A DNA stretch of 64,000 nucleotides from the human T2T-CHM13v2.0 reference genome, Homo sapiens. The notes below the pieces were generated by a model that ran no database searches, had not been told where the DNA came from, and saw nothing but the letters and a program-made list of their open reading frames with translations. The first letter of the stretch is position 1. Each line of letters starts with the position of its first letter. The position numbers and the translations under genes were made by a program. Positions 19,718-39,400 of this stretch are shown in pieces. The stretch lies in NCBI RefSeq assembly GCF_009914755.1, contig NC_060936.1, one strand, 5' to 3'.

Positions 19718-22700
19718 GGGATAAATATTTTACATTTTCACATTCACTACTGATTAGAGATATGTAAATTAAAACCATGAAAAACCCCATTTGCTTTCCC
19801 TTACCTCAGTCACATTGGGAAAAATTAAACAATGACATGTATTTTTATAATGATTCTGAGTGTTTGGAGTACTAGAATAATTTTTTCTAGCAAAATTGTT
19901 TACCAATATGAATCAAGAACATTTAAAACATTTACATTCTTATTTCAATAATTCATAAAAAGATATGTGCACTATGTGTAATAATATTACAACATAGTGT
20001 AATACTAAAATACTGAAGACACTGAATATTCAGAATTACACTGCAGTATCTTCTCTTCTATTTAAAAATGTATGTGCACAGGCCAAAAAAAAAGAGTGAA
20101 AATAACCCCTCGTAATTTGGTTTGTATTACATGAGAGCTTTAAGTAAACTTACCAAAAGTCATTTTTTCATACTAGATAAAATATTACTTATGATTTACT
20201 CATTGCAGATGGCTCTCATACTTACTGTAAGAGAATTCATTTACAGGTATTTACAGTCATTCTTTGGAGAGATTTTTAATATTGTATATAGACTATGTTG
20301 AATGTAGACTATATTTTGACCAGAATTACCATATTGGTATGAGTGGTCTGGTGTGTTTCTGGTTTTGTTCTGTTTGCATTCTTAGTAAATACGTGACAGT
20401 ATAATCTAATCTCAAAACCTCTGACTGCAGAAACTATTGAGAGAAATTAGAGTCTTAAGTTTGAATGATTCTATCATATGACTACATTATATTTTTAGCT
20501 ATTTATATTTTTTTAATTCAAACACTAAAATAGCCCTGTCATATTATGGAATTTTAATAGCGAATAGTCACTGAGGTACCATGAAGCTGTGAACCATTTT
20601 GAGCTTAAAAATACATTTTTATGTAAGGATTATCTTTCTTAGTAAGGAACAGAACTTAAGCATTCGTAAAATGGAAAGTTTTTTTTTTTTAACTTTAAAA
20701 AACTTGAATTCTATCGTATTTAAACAACTGTTTTACATACAATTTATTTCTTGAATTTCCATTCAGCTTGTGGGAAGACTTCAGATAGAAATAGCATAGT
20801 TTCTTTAAAAATATGTAAAATAGGTAATGACCTTTTTGGATTAAGTATGTTTTTGAAACCTTATGTATGTGGAAATAGTCTACAAGTATAAGTAATATAT
20901 TAAAATCAATAGTTTATGAAATTTATTTATAAATTCAAGATTTAACCCTACACTGATACATTTCTAAGATATAAAATTTTTATTTCCAGAAATAAGAATA
21001 TTGTTATAAAATAATTCCAAGTAATAAAGTATACTTGGAATTATTTCATTTAAGTTTAATAAGTTTTTATTAAAAACCAGTATTATGAAAAATCCATTAC
21101 TGTAATATAGTTTGTTTACCTTGTGTCATAATTTTACCTATTAGTCCCTTGTGTATTTGGTTTTGCCTCAGTTATAATTTAAGTACATTTTTAAATATCT
21201 GTCAGATTGTCTTTCTGGTAATAGTTCTATAACCTGTATTTTTCTGCCCTGCTATATTTGCTTTGGTATATTACTAATACTGCCTTTTAAAAATATTTTT
21301 AACGTGTTTATTGTCTCAATTTGACATTCCAAATGCAGAACACTTTTTTATTTTTCTGTTAATTCATTTATATCTTTTTCTTTGAAATGAAAATGACTCC
21401 CTGTATGAGATTGAGCCTCAACAGGAACTGTGAATTTTGGAAACTACCAGAGCTAGCCATCTGGCTCTTGATAAATTTGTTAGCTAAAAGCATCATTTCA
21501 TTAACTGAAAAATGGGCATAATTATAGTTTTGAGGATTAAATTATATATTTATAAAGTCAGGTGTCAGTGCTAGTTTAAAAGTCAATCTGACATCTTTTA
21601 TGGAAAGGTAAGGTTCAATTTCACAAAAAAAGTGTATTTTTAGTGTATTTTTATTAAAGAAGGATATAATACAGAATTAATCTAATATAATATTAAAATT
21701 CCCATTACTATTACTGTAAATTTATTTTTGCAAAGTAGCATAGCCTTAAAAGATGATGACTAGCTTAAGATCTTTAGGAAATAATTAGTAGACATAGTCA
21801 TGAAAGGTACTAGAGGCTATCTTTAGGGCCCAGATTTTCATATATTTTTTGAATTATATAAACTGCTAGTTTTGATATTTTCCATGACAAGCCTTAATAT
21901 TTCATTTAGAGCACACATAATATGTGGATTATAAGTGACCGATCAAGATATTAAAGTATCTTAAATTGATTGATTTTCATTATCATTTTGAGCATCTAGA
22001 CTATCTCAATCTTTGAGCAAAGTTGTAGATATTATTTAGGGATTTAGATTTTTTTAAAAACAAAACCAAAAAACTGCTTTTCAAGTAAGTTTTTTGTTCA
22101 GTTCTCAGTAAATAGCAATTTCTATCCCATCAAATTCCATCATGTTGCTGCAAAGAAGAGTAGAGCTTCCAGCATCCCTTTGTGTTACACGTGGGGAGAG
22201 ACAGGATATCTGAATATATACTTATGGAATGAGCATGTAAATGTGCTTTTAGTCTTTTCACGTGTGTGTGTGTGTATAGGCATGACCATGCATTTGGGCA
22301 TACTTTCCTGTGTGCTCTGGCTGCTTAAATTTTACTATGATTTTACAGCCAGAAGTTTTTTCTTCTCTGTAATGTGTAGAATGTGTAGAAAATGAAAGCC
22401 TTGCTTTTTTTAAAATAATATACAGCAGATCTTCATTTTTAGCACTACTTAAACTTATAAAAGAAAAACAGGATTTTTTTTGTACTTCAGCTTTTTGTTG
22501 TGTGTACCCAAAGTTAGATTCAATAATCCAATTATGAGCGAAAATACTTAAAATTGCTAATAGGCGCTTTGTACTTTATTAGTTACTAGGAATATGAAAT
22601 AAAATGTGAATCATGGGCTAATGATTTGCCAAAGAAAGATGCATGAATTATATTTTTTGTGTTTTGTTTTAGTTTAAGTCAAGTAAATAGCTATAAGTCT

Positions 22701-22911
22701 AGCAATTCCGAATTTGAATTGATTAATGTTACATTTCTTTGGCGCCTGCTGTTTTTATCTCAGGGTGGATTATTTTTTCAGAGTTGAGGAGTTGACCTCT
22801 TTTGTTTGTAGAAGAAAGGAGTGTTTTTTAAAAAATGCAAAAACATTAGTAGGCCAACATTGTATGTGTAATTTTAGGTTGGTTTGGTTTTGTGTGTTTT
22901 CTCTGGGGGTG

Positions 22912-22949
22912 GTGTGTGTGTGTGTGCGTGTGTGTGTGTGTATGTGTGT
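22912..22949 (+). repeat. Imperfect (TG)n microsatellite
   Basis: About 19 TG units with two interruptions. Confidence 0.95.
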
Positions 22950-24083
22950 TTACTAAAGACTTTCTTAGAACAGGTAGTATAGTTCACATAAACTTTTATA
23001 ATAATAAAGTGAGAGCGTCCTATATGGAATAATAAAGTGAAGTATTTAAAATTATAAGAAAAAACTACTTTAAAAAAGTAATACCAGGAATAAATTATAG
23101 CCAGTTGTGAATTGCTAGAGATACTGATTTATCATGCTCATTTATAAAGCTGTTCTATTTATAGCATCATTTGCTTTTAGGAAAGATCTCATTCAGGTTT
23201 TTTCTAATTAATAAAAACAGATTGAAAGCATGCTTTTGAATTATATCCAAAATATTCATCATACATATTTTATAAGATAACCTATTAAAAAATAAGAAAG
23301 AATCCATTCTTTTTCACAAAATTATTTTTTATTATATGCCAAAGGAAGAGGGATCGTTTAACTTATTTTCTTCTTTCTAAAAATTATACTGATTTTGTAA
23401 CTTTTAGAATATTACAGTTTTTTAATATTAACATTTAAAATATCTTGAGGTTATATTTATCTGATTAAATAAACTACATTGTTCTGAGAAACCAAAAGAA
23501 AGAAAAGGCAAATAACACTGGGATATACTTGCGTGGAATCATTTTTGCATTCCTGTTCACCCAGGCTTTTTTCTGCATTTGAATACTAGTTTTTGCTGGT
23601 CTCGCATAGAAACTATAAATGGAATCTTCAGTGCATCATAACAGTGAGGTCACAGTGGCCTTGGAAATCTCTGCTCTTACCTGTAACTTTTTAAAGCATA
23701 ACTCTTACTGTTTCTACCATTTTTACTCTATTACAATAACAGAATGCAAAGGGTCATAAAGGAGATGATTTGTTGCTGCGGGTGGTATTTAAAATCTGAA
23801 TGTTTTAAATTTGATGGAGCAATGGGGAATGGAGCAAACTGTAAAGCTGCTCTAGTTAATCAAAGGTAGGAAGATATAATAGTGCTTTGTATTGGTTGGT
23901 GTGGTATATGAGAGTTATTTTGTTGATTGGATAAGGAGTATCTTAATTCAGGGTGAGTTATTTTTTTGAGGTTCAAGTCTTTAAAAAAGTATCTGAGTTG
24001 AGTACTTTATAAAAGAAATGTAATGATCAACCACATATCTCATAAATAGGCCTAAAGTACTCTTTATTATAAATATGTTGTAA

Positions 24084-24365
<282 letters not shown>

Positions 24366-27006
24366 TGAAAGTTCATTTTTCATGGAAGATTTAAGCATAC
24401 ATATTTGACTTATTCATTCTACTACTGGTAGTGGAATATATGTTTCTCAATTAGGTGACCTGTGATTGATTAACATAATGTACAAGATTATATATCACTT
24501 TGCAAAAATATAATATCAGACAGAAAACTTAAGCTGTCTAAAAAGGGAGGGAAAAAAAAGCAAAACTAATGAGTTCCCTCCATTATTCAGTAGAAGTCTG
24601 TTGCACTTTTTTTTTCTTTTTTTTTTTTTTTTGTCTTAATGGGAAATTAAAATTTTAAAAAGGAAAATCTTGGGAACTTCTTTTTGTATACATACTTTAA
24701 CAAATCACTTTCCCTTAAAGGTCTTTTAATTTGGGGATATAAGAGATAACTACCTTTCCCCTGCCCCCACCCCCTTTTTCTTTTCTTTCTGCTCTAGTCT
24801 ATATCCTCAACTTGTTAAATATTTATGTCTTTGATTGATTCTGAAGTAATGAGAGAGATATATTTTTTAATATCACTGTTACTGTGTATAAACTTAGGGC
24901 TGGTTATTTTATTCCCCTTTTACAGATAAAATTTCTGTGTTTATAAAAGCTCAGAATAATGGCAAACCATTTTTGATATTTGAATTTTAACCTTTTTTTC
25001 GTCAGTCTCTTGTGAATTCTGGATTTTTAGTTTTAAATCTAAACTTTTCTGTTCTCTATTCTTATTTTTTTGTTGAATCTCCTATGCCCAGGAGGCAGCC
25101 TCAAAAGATATAGATTAAATGCAGGGTATAGATTGATAAGGACATTATTAGACATCTTTCTCACTATCTGAGAAAAGGATGACTCTTCACCATTCAGTAT
25201 TCTAAGTGAATCTTTTTGTACATCATCATTCATACAGCTGTTTCCTAAATTAACCATTGCCTTTATAGCATTCTTGGAAATTAGAATCTGTCATACACTA
25301 TAGGCCAGGAGTTAGCATCCTTTTAGAAATTGAATGGGGAAGGCATAATCGATTTCTGGTATTTTGCTTTAGAGTTGAACCACTTGGGAAGTGGCCTATC
25401 TGCCTAAGCAGATAGGTTAATATATAGGTTAATAAACTCTTCCTTTAAATCTTCAAATGAGTAATCCTGCTCATAGTATAGTGTGAATTACTTTATTCAA
25501 AATAGTTTTTCAAGAATTCTAGCACTAGTTAGACATAGAGACAATTTAAATTTTTATCTTTATTTTTCTAGATGAGGAAGAAAGCCAAAATGTATTATTA
25601 TCCTAATAGTTAAATAACAAAGTAAAGTACATGGGTGCTTAGCTTTCAGAGATAGGAATGGGACAGACAAATTATAATATCTGTTGGACCATCTCTGGAA
25701 CATGTTTTATGTAAATTGTGTTTATACCAGTACTAGAAAACCCTGTTCTCAGATCACCAAGTTATATTAATTTTTATGTACCTCTTTATCCTTGAACTGC
25801 CAAAATTACTTTGGTTCCAGATGCTTGATATCAGCTAGAGTTTTTTTTCCTAGTTTAGAAAACCAATCTTGGTGCTTTTTCATAAATATTAATAAAATAT
25901 TTCAACAACATAGGGATTCAAAATTTGAATCTGTCAGGAGAGCACAAGAGTTTGTGTTGATGCTAATCATTCATGGGAGGCTTGGGCCAGCATTCAGACT
26001 AAATTCCTTCTAAAGCAATACTGCATCCTAGTTTTCTGTGCCTTTGATACATCTGTTTAGTATTGTCTGCATATGGTTAACTGCAATTTCTCAGAAATAG
26101 GTATTCAAATTGAATCTTTTAACCAGCTAGGTTAAGCTAGATTTGGCATCGTTTAGCTTTCTTGCATGTTATGTTTAAGGTGTGAGGATCTTCAGTTTAT
26201 TCATTTTTGCTTCTATTCAAAACTATTTTATTAGAATAAATTGATAGCTCTATTGCAGACACTCCTAATATATTTTACCATCACGTATTCCATTTCATCT
26301 GAGACACAGCCGTGAGCGTGATGGTTTATAATTTTATGGTAATAGCCATAAAATTTTTTGACAAAAATTTTAGCAGTGAGTATTTTAAGCAGTGGATATT
26401 ATTTCATCATTATAGCTTTATTTAGTTGGAAACTATATTGTCTCTAAAATAAAATTCTTCAAACAATTTGGAGAAGAGAAAAATGAGTTTTTACTTGTGC
26501 GGCTTTAGCTTTTAGTTCACATCTGGAATTAGAAAAGCTAGGCCTTTAGTTTTATTTTCTTAAAACTTCCATGATTTTTAATTGATTAAGATGTCAGCTC
26601 TCGAGCTGAAAATTGACTGTAAGAGGGAGTACAAAATGGTGGCAGTAGCCTTTACTCCTCTATTTCACAAAAATTCATGTAGTTCATAGATCCAAAAATA
26701 AAAAGGGTAATAGATAACTAATAGAATAGATTCTTTAGGTTTTGTCAGATACTATTTCTTCAGTATGCTTTTTTCAAGTTTCCTTGTAACTTCTTTGAAA
26801 TTGAAGACGTTCATGAATTTTAGAAAATATTATCAAATATTATCTCTACTGACAATTTGAATTTTAATGTAACCTCTTAAATTAATTCAGTGTCCTCCAA
26901 ATTTAAGTGATCATTTCAGCACATCAGGTGGTATAGTATTAACATATGTTAAAAAAAAAAGAGTGTAAAAAGTATACTTTTTTAATGTAAGCGTGGGTTA
27001 TACTTA

Positions 27007-27523
<517 letters not shown>

Positions 27524-27770
27524 ATGACAATTTAAAATAATGTGAATTTTAAAACAATGCAGTATAACAATTAACATAGCATTTACATTTTATTAAGTAT
27601 TATAACAAATCTAGAGATGATTTAAAGTATATGTGAAGATATATGTAGGTTATATACAAATAACAACACCATTTTATATCAAGAACTTGAGCATCTATGG
27701 ATTTTGGTATCCCCAAGGTGGAGAGGGGGCTCCTGTGACCAATCCCCTGTGGATACCAAGAACAACTGTA
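27524..27770. mobile_element. MER2/Tigger3-like TcMar-Tigger fragment
   Basis: tctagagatgatttaaagtata...ccaatcccctgtggataccaagaacaactg-TA terminus. Confidence 0.8.
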
Positions 27771-28074
27771 TATCCTGACCTTATGAAGATTATAGCCTAG
27801 ATATTGTGATTTTCAAACTCTTTGTATTTTAGCATCAAAACTTTTTTTTAAGTTACCGTGGAAAGTTTAATTGTATCCCCAATATTTAAGTAGATATGGT
27901 AAAATTGCTTTGGTTGGGTGAAGTTCCCAGAACCCCATCTGCTTTCCTTTACTTTCCACAATGGCCCCAGAAGCTTTCTCATGGATCCCAGGACTCTGAG
28001 GAACAGTTTGAAAGCCAAAGTCTGGCTTGAAAAAAAAAAAAAAAAAGAAACACATAAAAAACTAATAATACAGA

Positions 28075-28300
28075 TTAAGATCACAGTTTATGGAGTTACA
28101 CTACTTGGATTAAAAACATGGCCTTCCTGCTTATTATAATAACTGTATTTCCCTAGACAAGTTAATTCCACAATTCATTTTTCTCATCGTCTGACAAGAA
28201 AATAATAGTACCCTATCTTAGGAGTTTTGTAAGGGTTACGTGAGTTGATGGTTTTAACTCGTAGGATGCTGACTGGCACATTATAAATACTGAATACATA
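28075..28300 (+). mobile_element. MIR (degenerate)
   Basis: gacaagttaa...aataatagtaccctatcttaggagttttgtaaggg core. Confidence 0.6.
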
Positions 28301-31300
28301 TTATGTAGAAATTATCTCATCTTTTTTTAAAATTCAACAAGTTAAGCAGAATGACTCTGGAAAGATTCTGTTCTCCATAACCGTTCTATCTGTCCTCTTT
28401 TCTTGAGTCTTTTTCCACGTGGACCTTAGTGGACTAAGAAGAAATAATTGAGTGTACTTTTATTTTTCATATAGTGTTATTGTAGGAATGGTATTTATCA
28501 ACCCTTTAATTTCTGAACTATGCTAATTTAACTCTTCCTAGGCAAGCTGATAAGGAAGGGATATAATAGCATAGAATTGTTTATGAATATTCTATCTGTA
28601 GGGCACTAGGAAATTCAAAATTGTTGAGTTTGGTTACCCCTAGCCCCTGCCTCCTGAGTAGTTATGATTATAGGCATATACCACCATGTCCCATTGGTTC
28701 AAATAATATAATAAGATAGTTTTCTAGTTCCCTAAATCTGTTACTCCATCTAGAGAATGCCCAGTTTTTAAATTTTGCATTATTGGTGATAATTTTAATT
28801 AGCATTAGTTCAGTAGATTCAAGAGCACTTCAACCCTTGTCTTTTTCATTGTCAAGGCCTACCTAGGAGGCTCATGGTTAGTTTCCTGGATGAAGCATCT
28901 CCTCAGATGGATTTGAAGCAGGGGAGTAATGTGGTCTTTTCCATTGGAAAGCAGCATGGCATAAGATGGTTATTTTCAAAATATTTACTTGGACATAATA
29001 GAGCTCCTTAGATAGATTCTAGGAAGTCATTGAAAAAAATGATACTAATCAAAGACTTATTCATTATTCCTGTCATAATATATAAAATAAATTGGGATTT
29101 CAAGCATTTTTAAGGTCAGCTTTTTTTTCTATGATCTGTTTATTAGGAAAAAACTTAATTTCAAAAATTTAGAAGAATGTTAAATAGAAAGTTTAAACTT
29201 TTTTAAAGATTTAATTTAAGAGAATAAGTAATACTACACAGAAATAACATTTTTAAGAAACTAGATAGATCTTCATTACATTGTAAAACAGAGAAAAAGT
29301 TATTTCTGAAGCTGTTATTTCTATGTTACATTACTTCAACTAGCCTACTCTTACCTTGAGACTTTCTTTTTGCATTTATTGGAACTCAGTTTCTTAGAAG
29401 TCCAGTTTAACACTAAACCTTCTAGTTTTATTTAAATTACCAACCTTATATTTAAATGAATATACTTTTCATCGTAAAAGGAAAAACCTCACTTCTGAGA
29501 CACAAAACACTTTTTAAAAAATAGTTTAGGATCTTATATTTGTTCTGATAAACTGAGAACGTGGCTAATGAAAAATTTAAAACTACTACTTTCTAGGTCA
29601 GGTTTTCATCCTAATCCAGGATGTTAAACTCAATTATGTGAGTTCCTTTCATGTTATGTGCCAGAAATTACATAGCAAATTGTCATCAAAAATATATTCA
29701 ATCCTCTGTCAAATGACAACTCAGTCAGGTCATCTATCCATTTTGATAAAAGCAAAAAAAAAAAATGGAAACAACCTTACTTGCATTAGAACCATTCATT
29801 TTTCTCAACATGAATACCAATGTTTTTACTTTTCCCTTTGGACTAGAATAGCCCTTCCTTTTTGAAAGAGAACAGAGGTGGGAAAGAAGAACCTACGTTC
29901 TCAGACAGATTATTTTAAGAAAGAGTATATATGGGATAGTTCTGTAAAAATTTAGTGTTCACAACTAGGGGAAAAATGGTATCTCTAAAAGAATGCCTTG
30001 CACTTGTGTAACTTGGCTAATAATGATTTGTTATGAAAACATGCCTTTCTTAATCTCAGATGGAGACATGAGATTTGATTTGTCGCTGTTCACATTCTTC
30101 TCAGTGAATAAGCAAAATTCCCTAAGATTAGTGCCTCTTTCTGAATTAAGTTTTTATGTGTTTATCTGTCCCTAATTCTGTAGTAGGAAAATGACATAAT
30201 AGAGATCTTAGAGAAATAGAGAGGTTCTTTTAAAGAGTTGTAAATTATTACATCTAATTCTAAAATACAAAGTGGTTTTACTATCCTGGCTAGGAAAGGC
30301 CAACACCAATTTAATAATATACTTATTAGATAGTATTGTAGTGACTACATCTTATAACAGAAGTTATTAATGTAATTAGGCTGAAGTATCTTGTATCAAT
30401 TATTATAATTATTTCAAGGATTTTTTTTGTAATTAAAAGCAAAACAAAAGAAATGTCAATCTGTAGTCTGTAATGGGAACTACAGATTTGCTCCCTCCCT
30501 CCAAGAAAATAAAAGGAAAGAAAAACCTATTTCAGATTTACTTCTCTTACTTAAAATCAAGCAGCTCATTTTTTTGATGTCAAAATGTTTTCTAAAAGAT
30601 TACCATTTACTTCTTTACAATGATTTATAAACTATTCTGGGCAGGGGAGAGGGTCAGTGAGTTGGTTACTTAAACCATTGTTCGATTAATAGTAATATCT
30701 AAATCAATTACTAGTTCTCATATAAACCCATATTAAAACATTAACAGCCCTGTATTGAACCTGCAGCCTCTGTTAAGAGTGGTACCCTTCTTTGCATAAT
30801 GCAGGTTATTTTTTTATATTGTTTTTCACTTAATTTTCTCTTCACAGAGGTCTGTGAGTTAGGGCATAAGAATCTCTATTCCACTAATGAGGAAATTGAA
30901 GCAAGGAAAGTTTGATTTCCAGTCACTAAGACAAGTTATTATGAGTTGTTATTCAGTACATTTTGAGATAATGTATTTTTTTGAAATTATGCCAATCAAC
31001 CTATAAGAAATGCTTATGTTTTGTTTTTTGTGGTAAAATATAACAATTTGCCAGTTTAGCCATTTTAAGTGTATAGTAACATTAAGTATATTCACATGTT
31101 GTACAATTATTAAAAATGTTTTTATGTTTAGTTCAAATGATTGGCCCCCATAATACAAGATGCTCTCATTAAGTAGCATTAATGTTGTGCCATTTAAAAC
31201 AGTTTCCCTAGGAGGTGATATACACACTTACTCATTCAATGTTCAGAATGTTAAAAACTATTCAAGTACTCCTTTTGGAATTGCTTTTATTCTTCTGAGT

Positions 31301-31444
31301 ATCACTGGTGGATATTTTTCATCCTTCAATGACAAAGTTGATTTTTGAAAGCCAGAAGTTATTCAGAGCACTATTTTCAGAATATTGTAGATTATCAAGC
31401 TGGGTAATTTTTTTCAAGTAATTCATAAGTAATGAATGACTGAT

Positions 31445-33110
31445 GAAGTCATTTACTCAGCAAATATTTATTGAAGGTCTATTAGGTGACTCTCACTCTC
31501 ATAATCACTAATTATGCCATGATGAACAAAACAGTTTTTTCCCATGGAGTTTACAGTCTAATGAGGGAGACAAATATTAAATCAATCATGAATTATGATA
31601 AGTATCATGAAAGAGAAAGTAGAGTGCTAACAGGAACTTGGAGAGCACCTGTTTTAAGCTGGGTGTCATATTTACGAAAAGTAACATGAGCTTTGACCAA
31701 AGAATATGTATGAGTTTGGCAGGTGAAGTTAGAAGGACCAAAAACATGTGCAAAGCCACTAAGAAGGGCAAGTTTGAGGAATCAGAAGTGTAGTTTGTGG
31801 AATAATGTATGAAGGGGAGTGAGACAAAATGAGTTTGAAGGAGTAGGCAAAAGCCAGATCATATAGGGAGAATTTAGATTTTAATGTTACAAAGGCACTA
31901 AAGGTTTCAGGCTACTATCTTCTTAACTGGTTCATTCCATTTGTCTGCTAGCTGGTTTCTTTGCTTCTATCCTTACCCTCCACAATCTGTTCTTAAAAGA
32001 ACAGCCAGCAATTCGTTTCAAACCTAAGGCATTTTCTATTACTTAGGCAATAACACAAAATGCCTTCTCATTTCACTCAACGATCAATGAAAGCCAGAGT
32101 CCTTAAAAAAAAGTACAAAGCCCTGTAGGATCTGGCCCCATGCTAGCTTATTTCCTATCACTTACCTCCATGCTTACCTTGTTCCATCCTCACCCTCACA
32201 TGTGCCAAGAGCGTGCCTGCCTTAGGGTCTGTGAACTTGCAGTTTCCTATACCTGTAATGTTCTTCCTCTAAATATATATATTCTTGCACTCTCACTTCC
32301 ATTAGGTCGCTATTATCTATCAGTGAGGTGCTTCTTCAGTCACCCTGTAAAAAATAATGACTGCCCCACATTCCACACAGTACTCATAACCATCTGGCAT
32401 GTTTTATTTCTATTAGGGTTTTTTGCTTGTCTGTGTATCTTCCCCTACTCCCAACACAGACACCCTCTCCCCGCGTCCCCACCCCGTGCTCTCTCTCTCC
32501 CTCTCTCCCTCTCTCCCATGACTGCTGGAATTTTGTTTTAGTCACTGTTGTAGCCCCATTGCCTGGAATAGTGTCTGGCATGTAGAAGGCACTCAAATTA
32601 ATGAAAGGTGAAGGGAATCACAAGTGTCTCTCTAGTTTTTGGCTTATATATCATAATGATAGATGTAACCATTTAATGAAATTCCAGAGTAGTAGGAAGA
32701 AGAACATAGTAGGAGAAGTAAATTTGGGGTGGGGAGGAGATTATGAGTTAATTTTAGGCATGTTCAGTTTGTGATGTCTGTGAAACATCCAAGCAGATAG
32801 ATCATAGACAGTTGGATATTCTAGTATGGAATGTAGATCAGAGGCCTAAGCTGGAAATAAAAATCTGCGTGTTGTAGGTGGTGGTTAAAATCATGGAAAT
32901 GGTTGTTTCTAAATGAGGGTATCTATGAAAAAGACGTCCGAGAACTAAGCCCTGCAATACATTTGAATGGAGGAATGAGACTTCGTTTGCAATAGGAGGA
33001 AAGAAAGGGATTACGGATGCAAGCAATGTCTAGATTCTCTGACGGCTTCCATTATCCCCAAAATACAAGACTAGATCATTAGCTAAGAATGAAAGGGTAA
33101 GAAGATTGCT
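31445..33110. mobile_element. Cluster of L2 fragments (both orientations)
   Basis: cagcaaatatttattgaa (minus-strand tail) and cctggaatagtgtctggcatgtagaaggcactcaa (plus-strand tail). Confidence 0.6.
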
Positions 33111-33334
33111 CAGCAGTATTGAGGTCTCATTTGATATTGGAGATCATCAATTCAGAATAGTATAAATGTATTCACTTGAAATTTTTTTCCAACAATGTTC
33201 AGTTGCATGGTGCATAAAACAGATGCCTAGATTCATCTAGAGTTGGAAAGAGAAAGGGGCAAAGGAGTTATTAATAAAAAGCAACCAAACTTGTTTTCTT
33301 GTTTGTATTTATTTATTTATTTAGTGAATGGAAT

Positions 33335-37757
<4,423 letters not shown>

Positions 37758-38730
37758 TAGCTAATTTATTTAGCTGACTCAACAAGCATTCATTGAGTCT
37801 CTACTATGTGCCATGCATTATTCTAGACATTGGCATACCCAGTTTTAAAAGACAGTACTTGTCCTCTAGAAGTTCATGTTTAGTGAATGAGGTAGACATA
37901 TAAATAAGATATAATATGTTATATAATAGAAAACATGATCAGCAAAATGTCATGGAAGCAAAGTTCTTTCTTTGAGTCTATGGGACATAAGTGAGGCTGT
38001 ATCAGGAGGGTGAAATTTGAGTCACATTTTTATTTCATTTATTAGAGCACATTACTGTCCATTATAACTTATATGTTCATTTGGTCATAAAATAGAGAAT
38101 TACCAGGGATGCAAATTAAAACATTATAGCTTATGCTAGTTTCTACATTTTTTTCACCTCAGAAATTCCCGTATCAGAAATCCGTTTTGCCACAGCAAAA
38201 ACACATTGTTCACACACTCAATAAAAACATATTGGAATCCTTTATATGCCAACTGGTTTTTTTTTTTCCTGCTACCTGATTTTTTTATTTTTTCATGTGC
38301 CAGCTGTCGATGCTTTTTCACACATGTGCCAGCTCTAAAAAGAGGAGTACCTAAAATATCTTGAGCAATATATAATGCTTATTCTTAATGCCTCAATTAT
38401 ATACCGGATTTGGTGTATACCACATAATGCTGCTTCTGTTATTTACTATATTTGATACGTAATTGAGGCATTATGAATAATTTCTAGGGCTTTTCTAAGT
38501 GCAGTTTTCTATACTTTGCCAGGAGAAGACTTCTAATAAGTATTTTTAAAATGAAACAAATTTGTGACAAAAATGTTACTTTTTTAAATAAGGAAATCCT
38601 TAATATTAATAGTAGAATGAAACATACATTTAGCTTCCTTTTATACTTACAGTAGTATCATTGTATAATAACATACCAAAAATATATGTGTCATCATGAT
38701 GATACCTGGAACCCCTCTTACCATCCCTGA

Positions 38731-39021
<291 letters not shown>

Positions 39022-39211
39022 TTGTTTTATACTTTTAACCTCACCTCTTCACTGTCTTTCTTCCTTTCAGCGTATATACATAGTCAAGTCTTTTTTCATC
39101 TGGGAAGTAGAGTGAGGGAGACCCATGACCTTGAACAGGATGATCTGTGCTTTCCCCCTACTTTCCCATCTCCCATTCAATAGTCCTTATCTCACCATAG
39201 CCTGTCAGCTG

Positions 39212-39400
39212 CTTAGCATGGTAGGTCAAAGCATGGATTTTGGAACTAGACTGCCTGTATTCAAATCCTAATTCTGCCACTTACAAGTTGTGTGACCTTG
39301 GATAAGAAACTTCGTAGTTTCTTCATCTGTGAAATGAAGATAAAGTGCTTAGGAAGTGCTTGGCACATGTAAACATATAAAAATATCAAATACTGTTATC
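39212..39400 (+). mobile_element. MIR
   Basis: ttttggaactagactgcctgtattcaaatcctaattctgccacttacaagttgtgtgaccttggataag. Confidence 0.75.

Noticed and set aside
24752-24775. Possible G-quadruplex on the minus strand
   Set aside because: Only three long G-runs plus a GG; marginal
25395-25416. 9-bp hairpin cctatctgc-ctaa-gcagatagg
   Set aside because: Short enough to occur by chance in 64 kb; no supporting context
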